A DNA stretch of 64,000 bases, from the NCBI GenBank assembly GCA_009839745.1, contig VXPE01000036.1, positions 4,763-68,762 on the forward strand, written 5' to 3'. Of this stretch, positions 35,460 to 45,947 are shown piece after piece. Position 1 is the stretch's first letter, and each line of letters opens with the position of its first letter. The notes below the pieces were generated by a model. It saw only the letters and a program-made list of their open reading frames with translations, made no database searches and was not told the DNA's origin. The stretch comes from Candidatus Poribacteria bacterium. Its GTDB lineage: Bacteria; Poribacteria; WGA-4E; WGA-3G. A program made the translations under genes and the position numbers.

Positions 35460-36107
35460 ATGCAACACAGTTTATTTTTTGTTGTTTTGATTGCCGCATA
35501 CCTTGCGGTAACGATCGTCCACGATGCGGGTTCAGCCGAAGAGATTCGGGTATGGGGCGGCAAAATGGAGGATTTTAAAGATTCCGATGGTCGTATTTGG
35601 CACGGTGGACAGAACGAAAAGAAAGAATGGGGCGGTTGGGTTGAAAAATTGCCGCGCACAGCAGAGGTTGTACAACTCACGAAAGATGCCGAAAAACTGG
35701 CGAAGAAAGAGGGGTACGATAAGGAACTTTTCTATGCTGTGAGTTGGGCACAGTTTCCTGATGTCGTGAAGATGGACCTGAAGACTGGCAAAGGTATGTT
35801 CACTGTTACTTATCTCGTCGGCGAACACTGGTCTCCGAACAACCGCGGTTTCGATATTATCATTGAAGACGAGATTGTTGAAGAGGAATATGTGACGCCG
35901 GGTAATCACGAGATAGATATTATACGATACGAGGGCATTGAAGTTAAAGACAAGGTGATGAGTTTTGAATTCGCTGGCAATCCGAAGACCGGTGCTGGAG
36001 ATCTCAATGCGATGTTTAGCGGGATAGAGGTAATCCCTGCATTAGCCGTTGACCCGAAGCAGAAGCTCACCACGACTTGGGGAACTTTGAAAGCGGAGCG
36101 GAATTAG
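35460..36107 (+). CDS. secreted malectin-like carbohydrate-binding domain protein, paralog 1
   Basis: AAGGAGG SD; signal peptide; WGG..DSDGR.WHGG, GMFTVTYLVGEHWSPNNRGFDIIIED (malectin-like core); C-terminal DPKQKLTTTWGTLK. Confidence 0.55.
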   Translation: MQHSLFFVVLIAAYLAVTIVHDAGSAEEIRVWGGKMEDFKDSDGRIWHGGQNEKKEWGGWVEKLPRTAEVVQLTKDAEKLAKKEGYDKELFYAVSWAQFPDVVKMDLKTGKGMFTVTYLVGEHWSPNNRGFDIIIEDEIVEEEYVTPGNHEIDIIRYEGIEVKDKVMSFEFAGNPKTGAGDLNAMFSGIEVIPALAVDPKQKLTTTWGTLKAERN

Positions 36108-36129
36108 CGAACAAATGGAGGTATTTTTG

Positions 36130-36777
36130 ATGAGATTATTCAGTGTTTTGATGGTTGTCGCTTTTCTGGGGATTCTTGCAGTCCCTTCGTTGCTACCGGC
36201 TGAAGAATTTCGGGTGTGGGGTGGCAAGACAGATGACTTCACGGATTCCAAAGGGCGCGTCTGGCACGGTGCACAGCAGGAGGATCAGTCTTGGGGTGGA
36301 TGGATTGAAAAACTTCCCCGCACGGCTGAAGTCCAAACCCTGACAGCGGATGCGCAAGCGCAGGCGGAAGCCGCTGGCTATGATGTGGAACTCTTCTACG
36401 CTGTGAGTTGGGCACAATTCCCTGACACTGTTAAGTATCAGTTTAAGACTGGCGATGGTGTTTTTGATGTTACCTATCTTGTGGGTGAGCACTGGTCACC
36501 GAACAACCGCGGTTTCGATATTTTTATTGAAGAGGACAACGTTGAGCCGCTTTACGTGACACCGGGCAAAGATGAGATTGATATTAAAACGTATTCGGGG
36601 ATTGAAGTCAGTGACGGCACCCTGGATCTCCACTTTGCAGGAAACGCGGAGACGGGGGCGGGTGATCTGAACGCGATGTTCAGTGCTTTGGAGGTTGTGC
36701 CTGCCGCGAGCACTGCTGTAGATCCGAAGACGAAACTTACGACAACGTGGGGGGCGCTGAAAGACAACCGTCAGTAG
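36130..36777 (+). CDS. secreted malectin-like carbohydrate-binding domain protein, paralog 2
   Basis: GGAGG 8 nt before ATG 36130 (track start 36115); same 215-aa architecture as 35460..36107; C-terminal DPKTKLTTTWGALK. Confidence 0.55.
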   Translation: MRLFSVLMVVAFLGILAVPSLLPAEEFRVWGGKTDDFTDSKGRVWHGAQQEDQSWGGWIEKLPRTAEVQTLTADAQAQAEAAGYDVELFYAVSWAQFPDTVKYQFKTGDGVFDVTYLVGEHWSPNNRGFDIFIEEDNVEPLYVTPGKDEIDIKTYSGIEVSDGTLDLHFAGNAETGAGDLNAMFSALEVVPAASTAVDPKTKLTTTWGALKDNRQ

Positions 36778-36796
36778 GGAACATAGGAAAATTAAA

Positions 36797-36832
36797 ATGC
36801 CCGCGGTATTCTTGTTACCGTGGGCATTTTTT
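36797..36832. terminator. bidirectional intrinsic terminator between convergent genes
   Basis: 12-bp stem ATGCCCGCGGTA/TTACCGTGGGCAT (one G-T pair), loop ttcttg, followed by TTTTTT; A-run on the other side. Confidence 0.75.
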
Positions 36833-36846
36833 GTGCGTAGGGTATA

Positions 36847-37626
36847 TCAAACCTTAGGAGTCGTCAAATCACCGCTCAGGATTGTAGGACACCAGAATTT
36901 CTCAATATATTCAATAATGAGCTGCGTCCCTTCCTCATGGCTGACGTAAGGCGGCTTGAACGGGTTGTACATCGCATCGGTGAGGTCGCGTGCAAGAACG
37001 GCGTTGCACCCCCAACGGACCATCTGTTTAATAGCGAAGGAACGTCCGAGAACGCACATATTGGTGTGAACGCCCATGAAGATAATATTTTTAATACCTT
37101 TGTGATCCAGTAGGTTGTAGACCTCCTGCCCGTCGTCACTGATGGCATCTATATCAGAGATTTCAATGGCTGGATGCTGACGGTGCCACGCTTTGTAGCC
37201 ATCAGTTTCGCCGGTATCTGAGCCGCCATCCGAGGCATCAACGGGTAAGGGTGGATCGGGGAGTTCACGTTCGGGAGGAGTATCAGCGTGCGGTAGCTCC
37301 AAAACGGCACGGCGCGCTGGATGCGCTTCGTAGAAGTCCATTGTGTCGGACGGCGCATGGATAATTTGTATGCCGCGTTCTCGCGCTCGATCCAGAACGA
37401 TGTTCATCCGCGGTGCCATCACGTTCACCCGTTCTGTCGCGCCCCATGACCAGTGTTCGTTCCACATATCAACGACAACGATAGCGGTTTCAGCGGTATT
37501 CCAGTTAATCTCTTCTTCAATGACACGCCAACCGTTTCTGCCGACTGTCCGCGCTTCCTGTCGGCGGGTTGAGAGCGATAGGTTTGTCGTTGCTGAAAAG
37601 GTTTGGCTTAATACATTAAACAACAT
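36847..37626 (-). CDS. isochorismatase-family cysteine hydrolase
   Basis: AIVVVDMWNEHW (Asp), IIFMGVHTNMCV (nucleophile Cys) pattern. Confidence 0.7.
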   Translation of the reverse strand: MLFNVLSQTFSATTNLSLSTRRQEARTVGRNGWRVIEEEINWNTAETAIVVVDMWNEHWSWGATERVNVMAPRMNIVLDRARERGIQIIHAPSDTMDFYEAHPARRAVLELPHADTPPERELPDPPLPVDASDGGSDTGETDGYKAWHRQHPAIEISDIDAISDDGQEVYNLLDHKGIKNIIFMGVHTNMCVLGRSFAIKQMVRWGCNAVLARDLTDAMYNPFKPPYVSHEEGTQLIIEYIEKFWCPTILSGDLTTPKV

Positions 37627-38095
37627 GAATTTCTACTCCTTTTCGGAAAACATAAGCGTCTTTATAGCGCCCGTAGTAGTTTTTTCGGATGCCACAGATG
37701 CGGAACCCGAACTGCCGGTAGAGATACTGAGCGGGTAGATTGCTAACAGCGACCTCCAGAAAGACCTCGTGCCCATCTTGTGCCTGTATCATTTTTAGGG
37801 CTGAAGTGAGCAAGTATTTGGCGATGCCCTGTCGCCGATAGACAACTGGTACTGCGAGGTTCAGGATATGCGCCTCTTCATGAAGGATACTGAACACAAT
37901 GTAACCGACGATGGTGTTCTCGTGACGAGCCACATAAAAGTGTTCATACGACCGAGGTCGCTTCAGAGACAGCGTGTAGTAGGTTTCACTCCACGGATTC
38001 TCAAAGCACTCGTTTTCGATTTTCAGGACCTCCTGTAGATCACACGAGCGCATCGATTCAAAGGTGAGGTTTGGAAGCAGGTTTTGGGTTCTCAT
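37616..38095 (-). CDS. rimI: GNAT N-acetyltransferase, ribosomal-protein-alanine acetyltransferase-like
   Basis: RimI-like ENECFENPWSE and motif A RRQGIAKYLLTSAL. Confidence 0.7.
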   Translation of the reverse strand: MRTQNLLPNLTFESMRSCDLQEVLKIENECFENPWSETYYTLSLKRPRSYEHFYVARHENTIVGYIVFSILHEEAHILNLAVPVVYRRQGIAKYLLTSALKMIQAQDGHEVFLEVAVSNLPAQYLYRQFGFRICGIRKNYYGRYKDAYVFRKGVEIHVV

Positions 38096-38161
38096 CTGTG
38101 CTAATGCGTGTAGGAAAACGGAAGATTATCATAGTTTGTGCCGCCCTCATCAAGATACCAA

Positions 38162-38191
38162 AGTATAGCACGAGGTGGAATGTGATGTCAA
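38162..38191 (-). promoter_or_regulatory. candidate sigma70 promoter for rimI (TTGACA-N18-TATACT)
   Basis: Minus strand aaTTGACAtcacattccacctcgtgcTATACTttgg. Confidence 0.45.
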
Positions 38192-38225
38192 TTGGGATGG
38201 TTACGCGTCCGTGCGTTTTTGGGTG

Positions 38226-38254
38226 TTGCCTTTTTTCACGGAGTCTGTTATAAT
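38226..38254 (+). promoter_or_regulatory. candidate sigma70 promoter for the aminotransferase operon (TTGCCT-N17-TATAAT)
   Basis: gtgTTGCCTtttttcacggagtctgtTATAATtcat. Confidence 0.45.
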
Positions 38255-38292
38255 TCATTTATATGGAATCTGCCAAGAACAAGGAGTATACT

Positions 38293-39438
38293 ATGAAAGA
38301 TTTTGGTTTTACAGGCGGGCGTCCGGATCCATATACATTCCCGACGGAAGGGTTAATTGCCGCGAGTGAAAAGGCTCTCCGTAAGCTGGGCGGTGATCTG
38401 GTTAACTATCCGGGCGAATCGGGCTATCAGGGATTACGAGAACTGGCATCAATGCGATTTGAGAGACGTGAAGGTATCCCACTGCCGATAGATAACATCT
38501 CAATTACCTCAGGCTCCATGCAGGCACTGGAATTGGTATTAGGGACGTTGATTAATCCTGGGGACACGGTATTAACAGAAGAATATACTTATAGTGGCAC
38601 CTTAGGTATCATGCGGCACTTCAAGGCGAATATCGTCGGTGTGCCGATGGACTATACCGACGGCATGAATATGGATGCCCTGGAAGCGAAACTTGGGGAA
38701 CTCAAACGCCAGAATATCCGTCCATCGTTCATCTATACGACATCGAACCATCAGAACCCGACAGGTGCGATTCTCTCACTTGAGCGTCGTCATCGGATGT
38801 TAGCCTTAGCGGAAGAATACGACACACTCATCGTCGAAGATGATTGCTACGGCGACATTGACTTTACATCGACACCGACACCAGCTTCGCTTTTTAAGTT
38901 AGATATCTCCAATCGGGTGATCTTTATTGCGACTTTCTCTAAGATTTTAGGGGCAGGTGTTCGTCAAGGGTATTTTGTTGCGAGAGAACCCTATTGGGGA
39001 CAAATCCACCAGAACCGCTGGGACGGTGGGACGAGTGCATTGGCGAGTGCAATCGTTGCTGAATTTTTCATGGAGCACTTGGAAGCCCACCTCGTGAAAA
39101 CGAATGCGGCGGTGGGAGCGAAATGTCGCGCAGTGGTGGAGACGCTTGAGAAGCACGTCAGCGACCTCTGTACATGGACACATCCCCGTGGTGGACTCTT
39201 CCTATGGATAGATCTACCGGAGACTACGGATCTCAACAAGTTACAGGAACTTGCCTCGGCAAAAGGGGTCGGATATAGTAATGGAAGTGCTTTCCATTAC
39301 GCGAGCGATCCGGTGAAAGCGATCCGGTTGGCGTATGCTTACTGCCACGTGGATGATATTCCTGAAGGGATTACTTATCTGTGTGAGGCGATTCGTGAGG
39401 CACAGGTGACCTCAGCGGATGTTGCGGCAGGGGATTAG
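38293..39438 (+). CDS. PLP-dependent aminotransferase, class I/II fold
   Basis: AAGGAG SD then ATG 38293; SNHQNPTG and ATFSKILGAGVRQGY (PLP Lys). Confidence 0.8.
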   Translation: MKDFGFTGGRPDPYTFPTEGLIAASEKALRKLGGDLVNYPGESGYQGLRELASMRFERREGIPLPIDNISITSGSMQALELVLGTLINPGDTVLTEEYTYSGTLGIMRHFKANIVGVPMDYTDGMNMDALEAKLGELKRQNIRPSFIYTTSNHQNPTGAILSLERRHRMLALAEEYDTLIVEDDCYGDIDFTSTPTPASLFKLDISNRVIFIATFSKILGAGVRQGYFVAREPYWGQIHQNRWDGGTSALASAIVAEFFMEHLEAHLVKTNAAVGAKCRAVVETLEKHVSDLCTWTHPRGGLFLWIDLPETTDLNKLQELASAKGVGYSNGSAFHYASDPVKAIRLAYAYCHVDDIPEGITYLCEAIREAQVTSADVAAGD

Positions 39439-39456
39439 CGGAAAGGAGTCGAATTT

Positions 39457-40824
39457 TTGCGTAATATTATCCTTATCTCGTTAGATACGCTACGGGCATC
39501 GAGTATGAGTTGTTACGGACATCGTAACCTGACAACGCCGCACCTCGATGCACTCGCAGAGAAAGCGACGCTTTTTGAGAAGTGTATCAGCCCGCATATT
39601 CCGACACATCCTGCCCATACGACGATGTTTACGGGCAAGGATGTCTTATCCCACCAAATTATTACGCAGGGTGGGACGTTAAACTTAGCAACGGACATAA
39701 AGACGGCTCCGGAACTGTTGAGTGAGGCGGGCTACTTTACTGTTGCTGCGGACAATTTGGGACGCTGGTTTCAGCGTGGTTTCCCCGAAGCATACTATCG
39801 CGGCTACCAATGGGAAACAGGTTACCGCAAGGCTCGGAAGGCGGAGGCGGTTAACGAAACGGCGATTGAACTTTTGGACCTCGCGCAGGCGCAGGATAAA
39901 CCTTGGTTCGCCTTTCTTCACTATTGGGATCCACATACCCCGTATCTTCCACCGTTGCCGTTTGAACGGATGTTTTATAGTGGGGATGAGTGTGATCCGA
40001 ACAATCGAAGTATGGATGCTGTCTACGCATGCGAACCTTTTACGGACTATTTCCGGCAGTGGATGTGCACACCAGACCCATCGGATCCGGACAATATTAC
40101 GAAGAAGCGGCTTTGGACGGATAGACAGTATGTGAACGCGCAATACGATGCCTCGATCGCTTACATGGATGTGTGCCTGGCGCAATTGTTCCGATATTTG
40201 AAAGATTGCGGGCAACTTGAGGAGACGCTCCTGATTATTACCGCCGATCACGGTGAAGAACTTGACGAACACGAACTCTGGTATGATCATCATGGCCTCT
40301 ACGAAACTAATTGCCACGTGCCGTTAATCGTTCACTGTCCGGCACTTATTCCTGAAGGACAACGGCTTGATGGTCTTGTCCGTCTTACTGACATTGCCCC
40401 GACCCTCCTTGATTATGCGGGGTTGACGGCTGTGGCGACGCGCGAAAAGATGGAGGGGACAAGTCTACGAGCCTTGATGGAAAACAGCTCGCACGGCGGG
40501 ACGACGGAAGCGGTCTATCTTACCGAATGCGGGTGGATGAAAAAGCGTGGGTGGCAAACTCGGAAGTGGAAATTAATTGTTGAAACCGGTGGCACGCCTG
40601 CCGTTTACAAGACACCGGATTTGGAACTCTACGATCTTGAAGAGGATCCCGACGAGGTTTATAATCTGGCTGAAGAGGCAGATGATGTCGTTGCGCGTCT
40701 GAAAGCAGATATGGAGGCTTTTCTGCAACGCCGACTCGCCGAAACAGGACTGCCCGATCCAACAGTCGAACAGGAGATTACCATGCGACGCATCGGTGAT
40801 ACGTCTAAGGCAGTGCCGCTTTGA
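39457..40824 (+). CDS. sulfatase-like alkaline-phosphatase-superfamily hydrolase (Thr in the nucleophile position)
   Basis: LISLDTLRA...TPHLD sulfatase N-terminus; nucleophile box reads T-H-P-A-H-T-T-M-F-TG where sulfatases have C/S-x-P-S-R-x-x-x-x-TG; ITADHGE later. Confidence 0.72.
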   Translation: MRNIILISLDTLRASSMSCYGHRNLTTPHLDALAEKATLFEKCISPHIPTHPAHTTMFTGKDVLSHQIITQGGTLNLATDIKTAPELLSEAGYFTVAADNLGRWFQRGFPEAYYRGYQWETGYRKARKAEAVNETAIELLDLAQAQDKPWFAFLHYWDPHTPYLPPLPFERMFYSGDECDPNNRSMDAVYACEPFTDYFRQWMCTPDPSDPDNITKKRLWTDRQYVNAQYDASIAYMDVCLAQLFRYLKDCGQLEETLLIITADHGEELDEHELWYDHHGLYETNCHVPLIVHCPALIPEGQRLDGLVRLTDIAPTLLDYAGLTAVATREKMEGTSLRALMENSSHGGTTEAVYLTECGWMKKRGWQTRKWKLIVETGGTPAVYKTPDLELYDLEEDPDEVYNLAEEADDVVARLKADMEAFLQRRLAETGLPDPTVEQEITMRRIGDTSKAVPL

Positions 40825-40886
40825 AGAGGACTATCGTGAAATATAGACGTAGATTGTGCCCTATTGTTCCGATTTTCAATAGCGTG

Positions 40887-41882
40887 ATGCGAATGCGAGT
40901 CGTGCTTGTGCCGCTTGCGTTGCTGTTCGTTTTTAACGGTTGTCGTGCCTTAACTGCGTTAGAGGAAGCGCAGCAACGGCGCGAGAAACGGATACTCGAA
41001 GAACGGGATGCCACTTCGCTCATGCTGAGACCCTCAAAGGCAACGATTAAGATTAGACCGGACGCCCTATTCGGGGAGAGTGATCACTATACCCTCAAAT
41101 TTGCTGAGGATCTGCAAGTGCTCGAAGGGTTTGACGAAGTCGAGGAACGGGAGTTGTTCACACGAAGTGCACTCGGTTATATGGAAAGTCTTTACGAGGC
41201 GATGAATCGACTTTTCGGTTTCCAGCCGAAGCATAAGATTCATGTGACGTTGCATCACCTTTATAGGGGCAGTAACCTCTCGGCGGTTACACGCACTGAT
41301 TACCGTTCCGGGATTCTGGACGGACGCTATGTGAAGTTTATTAACAGCATTCAGATGGATTTCCCAATACAGATGTATGAAAAACATGGCGTGCGCGTCC
41401 ATGAACTGACCCATGCCTTTACGAATATCTATTTTTTACCGGTATGGTTCTCAGAAGGCATTGCTGTCCTGATTCAGACGGAATATGCGAAAGGTGGCAC
41501 GCACCCTAAGTTTGACAGTCTTGAGGGAGATCTACGAGTCGACCTCGATGGCGTGAATCAATTGGAGAGTTGGGGGGGGCATACTGAAAATAATCCGCTG
41601 ACGCATTGGCGCTATAGATATGCCTACACACTTGTTGCTGAGTTGTGGAAGCGATATGGCACAGATTTTTACATCCGGGTTTTTCGGTTGATGGAGCGAG
41701 ACGGTCTACATCAAAAACTGGAGGGGACGATGAAGACCAGTTTTTTGGTGTATTACTTCAGCGAAGCGGCGGGTGAGGATTTGGTGCCGTTCTTTAGGAA
41801 ATTGCATTTCAAGGTGCGTAAATTGACGAAAGAGGACATTCTCAATCAGATTGAGGCGAATCGTGTCCCTCGGAGGCAATAA
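40887..41882 (+). CDS. lipoprotein with MA-clan (Peptidase_MA_2-like) HExxH domain
   Basis: Lipobox LFVFNGC after MRMRVVLVPLALL; HELTHAF...PVWFSEGIAV; longest ORF starts TTG 40821, overlapping the upstream stop. Confidence 0.55.
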   Translation: MRMRVVLVPLALLFVFNGCRALTALEEAQQRREKRILEERDATSLMLRPSKATIKIRPDALFGESDHYTLKFAEDLQVLEGFDEVEERELFTRSALGYMESLYEAMNRLFGFQPKHKIHVTLHHLYRGSNLSAVTRTDYRSGILDGRYVKFINSIQMDFPIQMYEKHGVRVHELTHAFTNIYFLPVWFSEGIAVLIQTEYAKGGTHPKFDSLEGDLRVDLDGVNQLESWGGHTENNPLTHWRYRYAYTLVAELWKRYGTDFYIRVFRLMERDGLHQKLEGTMKTSFLVYYFSEAAGEDLVPFFRKLHFKVRKLTKEDILNQIEANRVPRRQ

Positions 41883-42484
41883 TGCGTGTTAAATTCAGAT
41901 CATACAGCGGGCACGTAGCCGTGTTATTGGGGTTGATGTGTCTATACTACGGTTGTAATCTCGCTCAGCAGTGGAGTGAGAACTACGCCCTTTTACCGGG
42001 TGTCACCGCCAGTGACCCAGCAATCATTGATGGAAACACTGAGACTATCGGACAATCTCAACGTAAAAAGAGTTCGGGTAGTGTCGTAACCGATCTTGAT
42101 ATTCCATCGGAAGCGATCATTTATTTGCCGGAAAAGAGATCCGTCTATCGGATTGTGATTCACTCGACGAATTTGGAAGAGTTCGAGTTGATGGCGTATA
42201 ACTCGCGCGGCGAGTGGGATAAAATTTATGACAAGCGGAGTAATAAGGAGTCGATCATTGATGTGCGTTTTAACAAAGTGATTATGACAACGGGCATCAA
42301 ATTGGTCGTGCATCGGACGACGGAGGATGCCGCTCGAAGACGGGAGAACGTTCAGATACGACGCGAAAATGTGGAAATCAAAGAGGGACAAGTGCGGCGT
42401 GGACGTTTATTATACCGTATAACAGGACCGACAACGGCACTCGCGAAGATTGCGGAGATTGAGTTATACGGTTACGCGAATTAG
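41882..42484 (+). CDS. lipoprotein with discoidin (F5/8 type C)-like domain
   Basis: TAATG overlap with upstream gene; lipobox-like LYYGCN; DPAIIDGNTET...KIAEIELYGY. Confidence 0.5.
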   Translation: MRVKFRSYSGHVAVLLGLMCLYYGCNLAQQWSENYALLPGVTASDPAIIDGNTETIGQSQRKKSSGSVVTDLDIPSEAIIYLPEKRSVYRIVIHSTNLEEFELMAYNSRGEWDKIYDKRSNKESIIDVRFNKVIMTTGIKLVVHRTTEDAARRRENVQIRRENVEIKEGQVRRGRLLYRITGPTTALAKIAEIELYGYAN

Positions 42485-42500
42485 TTGTCAGTAATTGTCT
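42481..42500 (+). repeat. short GTTRTCR-type heptamer remnant
   Basis: TTAGTTGTCAGTAATTGTCT. Confidence 0.4.
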
Positions 42501-42545
42501 GAAGTAGGATTTACAGGATTAGCAACACTTCTTGATTTGAGATTC

Positions 42546-43697
42546 ATGCAGTCGACTCAGCTTCAACAGCACTTAGACCGATACCTTGGTATTCCGCTTT
42601 GTGTGCTGCTGCGCCTATTTTCTAAGCAGGCATCGACAAAACCCATCCCAAAAAAGATTATCTTCATCCAACTCTCTGCTTTGGGTGACACAATTTTGGC
42701 GATCCCCACCATTCGTGCAATTCGATATGCCTTTCCAGATGCCGAAGTCTCAATGTTAGCGTCTCCAACAAACCTCAATTATTTAGCGGCGTGTCCTTAT
42801 ATTGACAGGCATATCCCCTTCCATAAACCAGGAGGTCGATTGATTTCGCTGCTGCGTCGCGAGAGATTTGATTGGGCAATCGACTTAGAGCATTGGCCCC
42901 GATTGAGCGCGCTGCTCGCTTACGCAACGGGTGCCCCGATGCGAGTCGGGTTTTCGACAAAAGGACAATATCGTCACTTCCTTTTCACGAAGACAGTGCC
43001 GCACGTTCAAGGACGGCATGAGGTCCGCAATTTTTTGAGCCTTGCGGCGCAACTGAACTGTTCAGTCCAAGAATTTGAACTTGAGGCTTGGTGGCGCGAA
43101 AAGGAACGCACGTGGGTGCGCGAAGTTTTGGCAGAAGAAAACATCTCGCTGGAGAAACCCCTTATTGTCCTACATCCAGAGGCGGGTAGACGCAGCGAGC
43201 CTCGCAGGCGGTGGCCACAGGGACGCTATGTAGCGCTGGCAAATGCTCTCACTGCAAAATATGGTGCACAGATACTTTTGACAGGAACTTCCGGTGAGGC
43301 GGCGGTCTCTAAAGAGATCGCAGATCGGACGAAACATCGAGCCGTCGTACTTGCAGGACGGACAGATGTCAACCAACTCGCCGCGCTTTTTGCGGATGCG
43401 ACGTTAGTAGTGAGCGGTAACTGTGGTCCGATGCACCTCGCGGCGGCGACCGGAACGCCGGTTATAGGGTTGCATGGTCCTACAAATTTTGCGCAATGGG
43501 GTCCTTGGAATCGTAATTCGAGTATCGTGCGTGCGCGGATACCCTGTAGTCCATGTCTCAATTTGGGATTTGAATATGGGTGTCAAGCACTTGCCGATGG
43601 GACCTCGCCGTGCATGCACACGGTTTCGGTTGCGGCTGTGCTTCGGGAGTGTGAACGGTTGTTGTCAGCAGTCAGCGGTTCGGAAACAGAAGAATAG
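42546..43697 (+). CDS. glycosyltransferase family 9 (heptosyltransferase-like)
   Basis: KKIIFIQLSALGDTILAIPTIRAI and GNCGPMHLAAATGTPVIGLHGPT; start ATG 42546 or TTG 42495; last codons run into a heptamer/GGTTCGGAAAC repeat. Confidence 0.8.
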   Translation: MQSTQLQQHLDRYLGIPLCVLLRLFSKQASTKPIPKKIIFIQLSALGDTILAIPTIRAIRYAFPDAEVSMLASPTNLNYLAACPYIDRHIPFHKPGGRLISLLRRERFDWAIDLEHWPRLSALLAYATGAPMRVGFSTKGQYRHFLFTKTVPHVQGRHEVRNFLSLAAQLNCSVQEFELEAWWREKERTWVREVLAEENISLEKPLIVLHPEAGRRSEPRRRWPQGRYVALANALTAKYGAQILLTGTSGEAAVSKEIADRTKHRAVVLAGRTDVNQLAALFADATLVVSGNCGPMHLAAATGTPVIGLHGPTNFAQWGPWNRNSSIVRARIPCSPCLNLGFEYGCQALADGTSPCMHTVSVAAVLRECERLLSAVSGSETEE

Positions 43698-43727
43698 AAA
43701 AGGCGAGATTCGGAAACCTCGCCTTTT
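43698..43727. terminator. bidirectional intrinsic terminator (GT9 gene / groEL)
   Basis: AAAA-GGCGAGATT-cgga-AACCTCGCC-TTTT. Confidence 0.7.
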
Positions 43728-43741
43728 GTGGTACTAAGGGT

Positions 43742-45678
<1,937 letters not shown>

Positions 45679-45799
45679 GTCGCTGAATTCCTCCTGAGTA
45701 TGGCGTGAAAATTGTGAGGGAAGGGTTCTATGCCTTCACTCAGTGCCTCTATATCATCAGACGGCGTAGAAACGCCATCGTGTTTTCAGAATATGTTTA

Positions 45800-45814
45800 G
45801 CAATTTTCGTGCCA
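45800..45814 (-). promoter_or_regulatory. sigma54 (RpoN) -24/-12 promoter element upstream of groES
   Basis: Minus strand TGGCAC-GAAAA-TTGC(T): exact TGGCAC-N5-TTGC, about 120 nt upstream of ATG 45678. Confidence 0.55.
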
Positions 45815-45919
45815 ATCCCTAAAACTGCCATATTATCAGGGTTGGACGGAAGAACGTGACATTTTGACAGGCTTTTTGTCGTGACAATTTGTCGTATTCA
45901 AAAAAGACACGGGGAATAC

Positions 45920-45936
45920 TGTGCCATTTTGGCACA
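45920..45936. promoter_or_regulatory. 17-bp perfect palindrome, candidate enhancer-binding-protein site
   Basis: TGTGCCA-TTT-TGGCACA about 105-120 bp upstream of the -24/-12 element; further GACA/TGTC repeats at 45857-45893. Confidence 0.35.
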
Positions 45937-45947
45937 CATTAGCCATC

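Noticed and set aside
45679-45947. Looked for a CIRCE/HrcA operator (TTAGCACTC-N9-GAGTGCTAA) upstream of groES
   Set aside because: I found no match by eye on either strand. Only partial resemblances such as CACTCAGTGCC are present.
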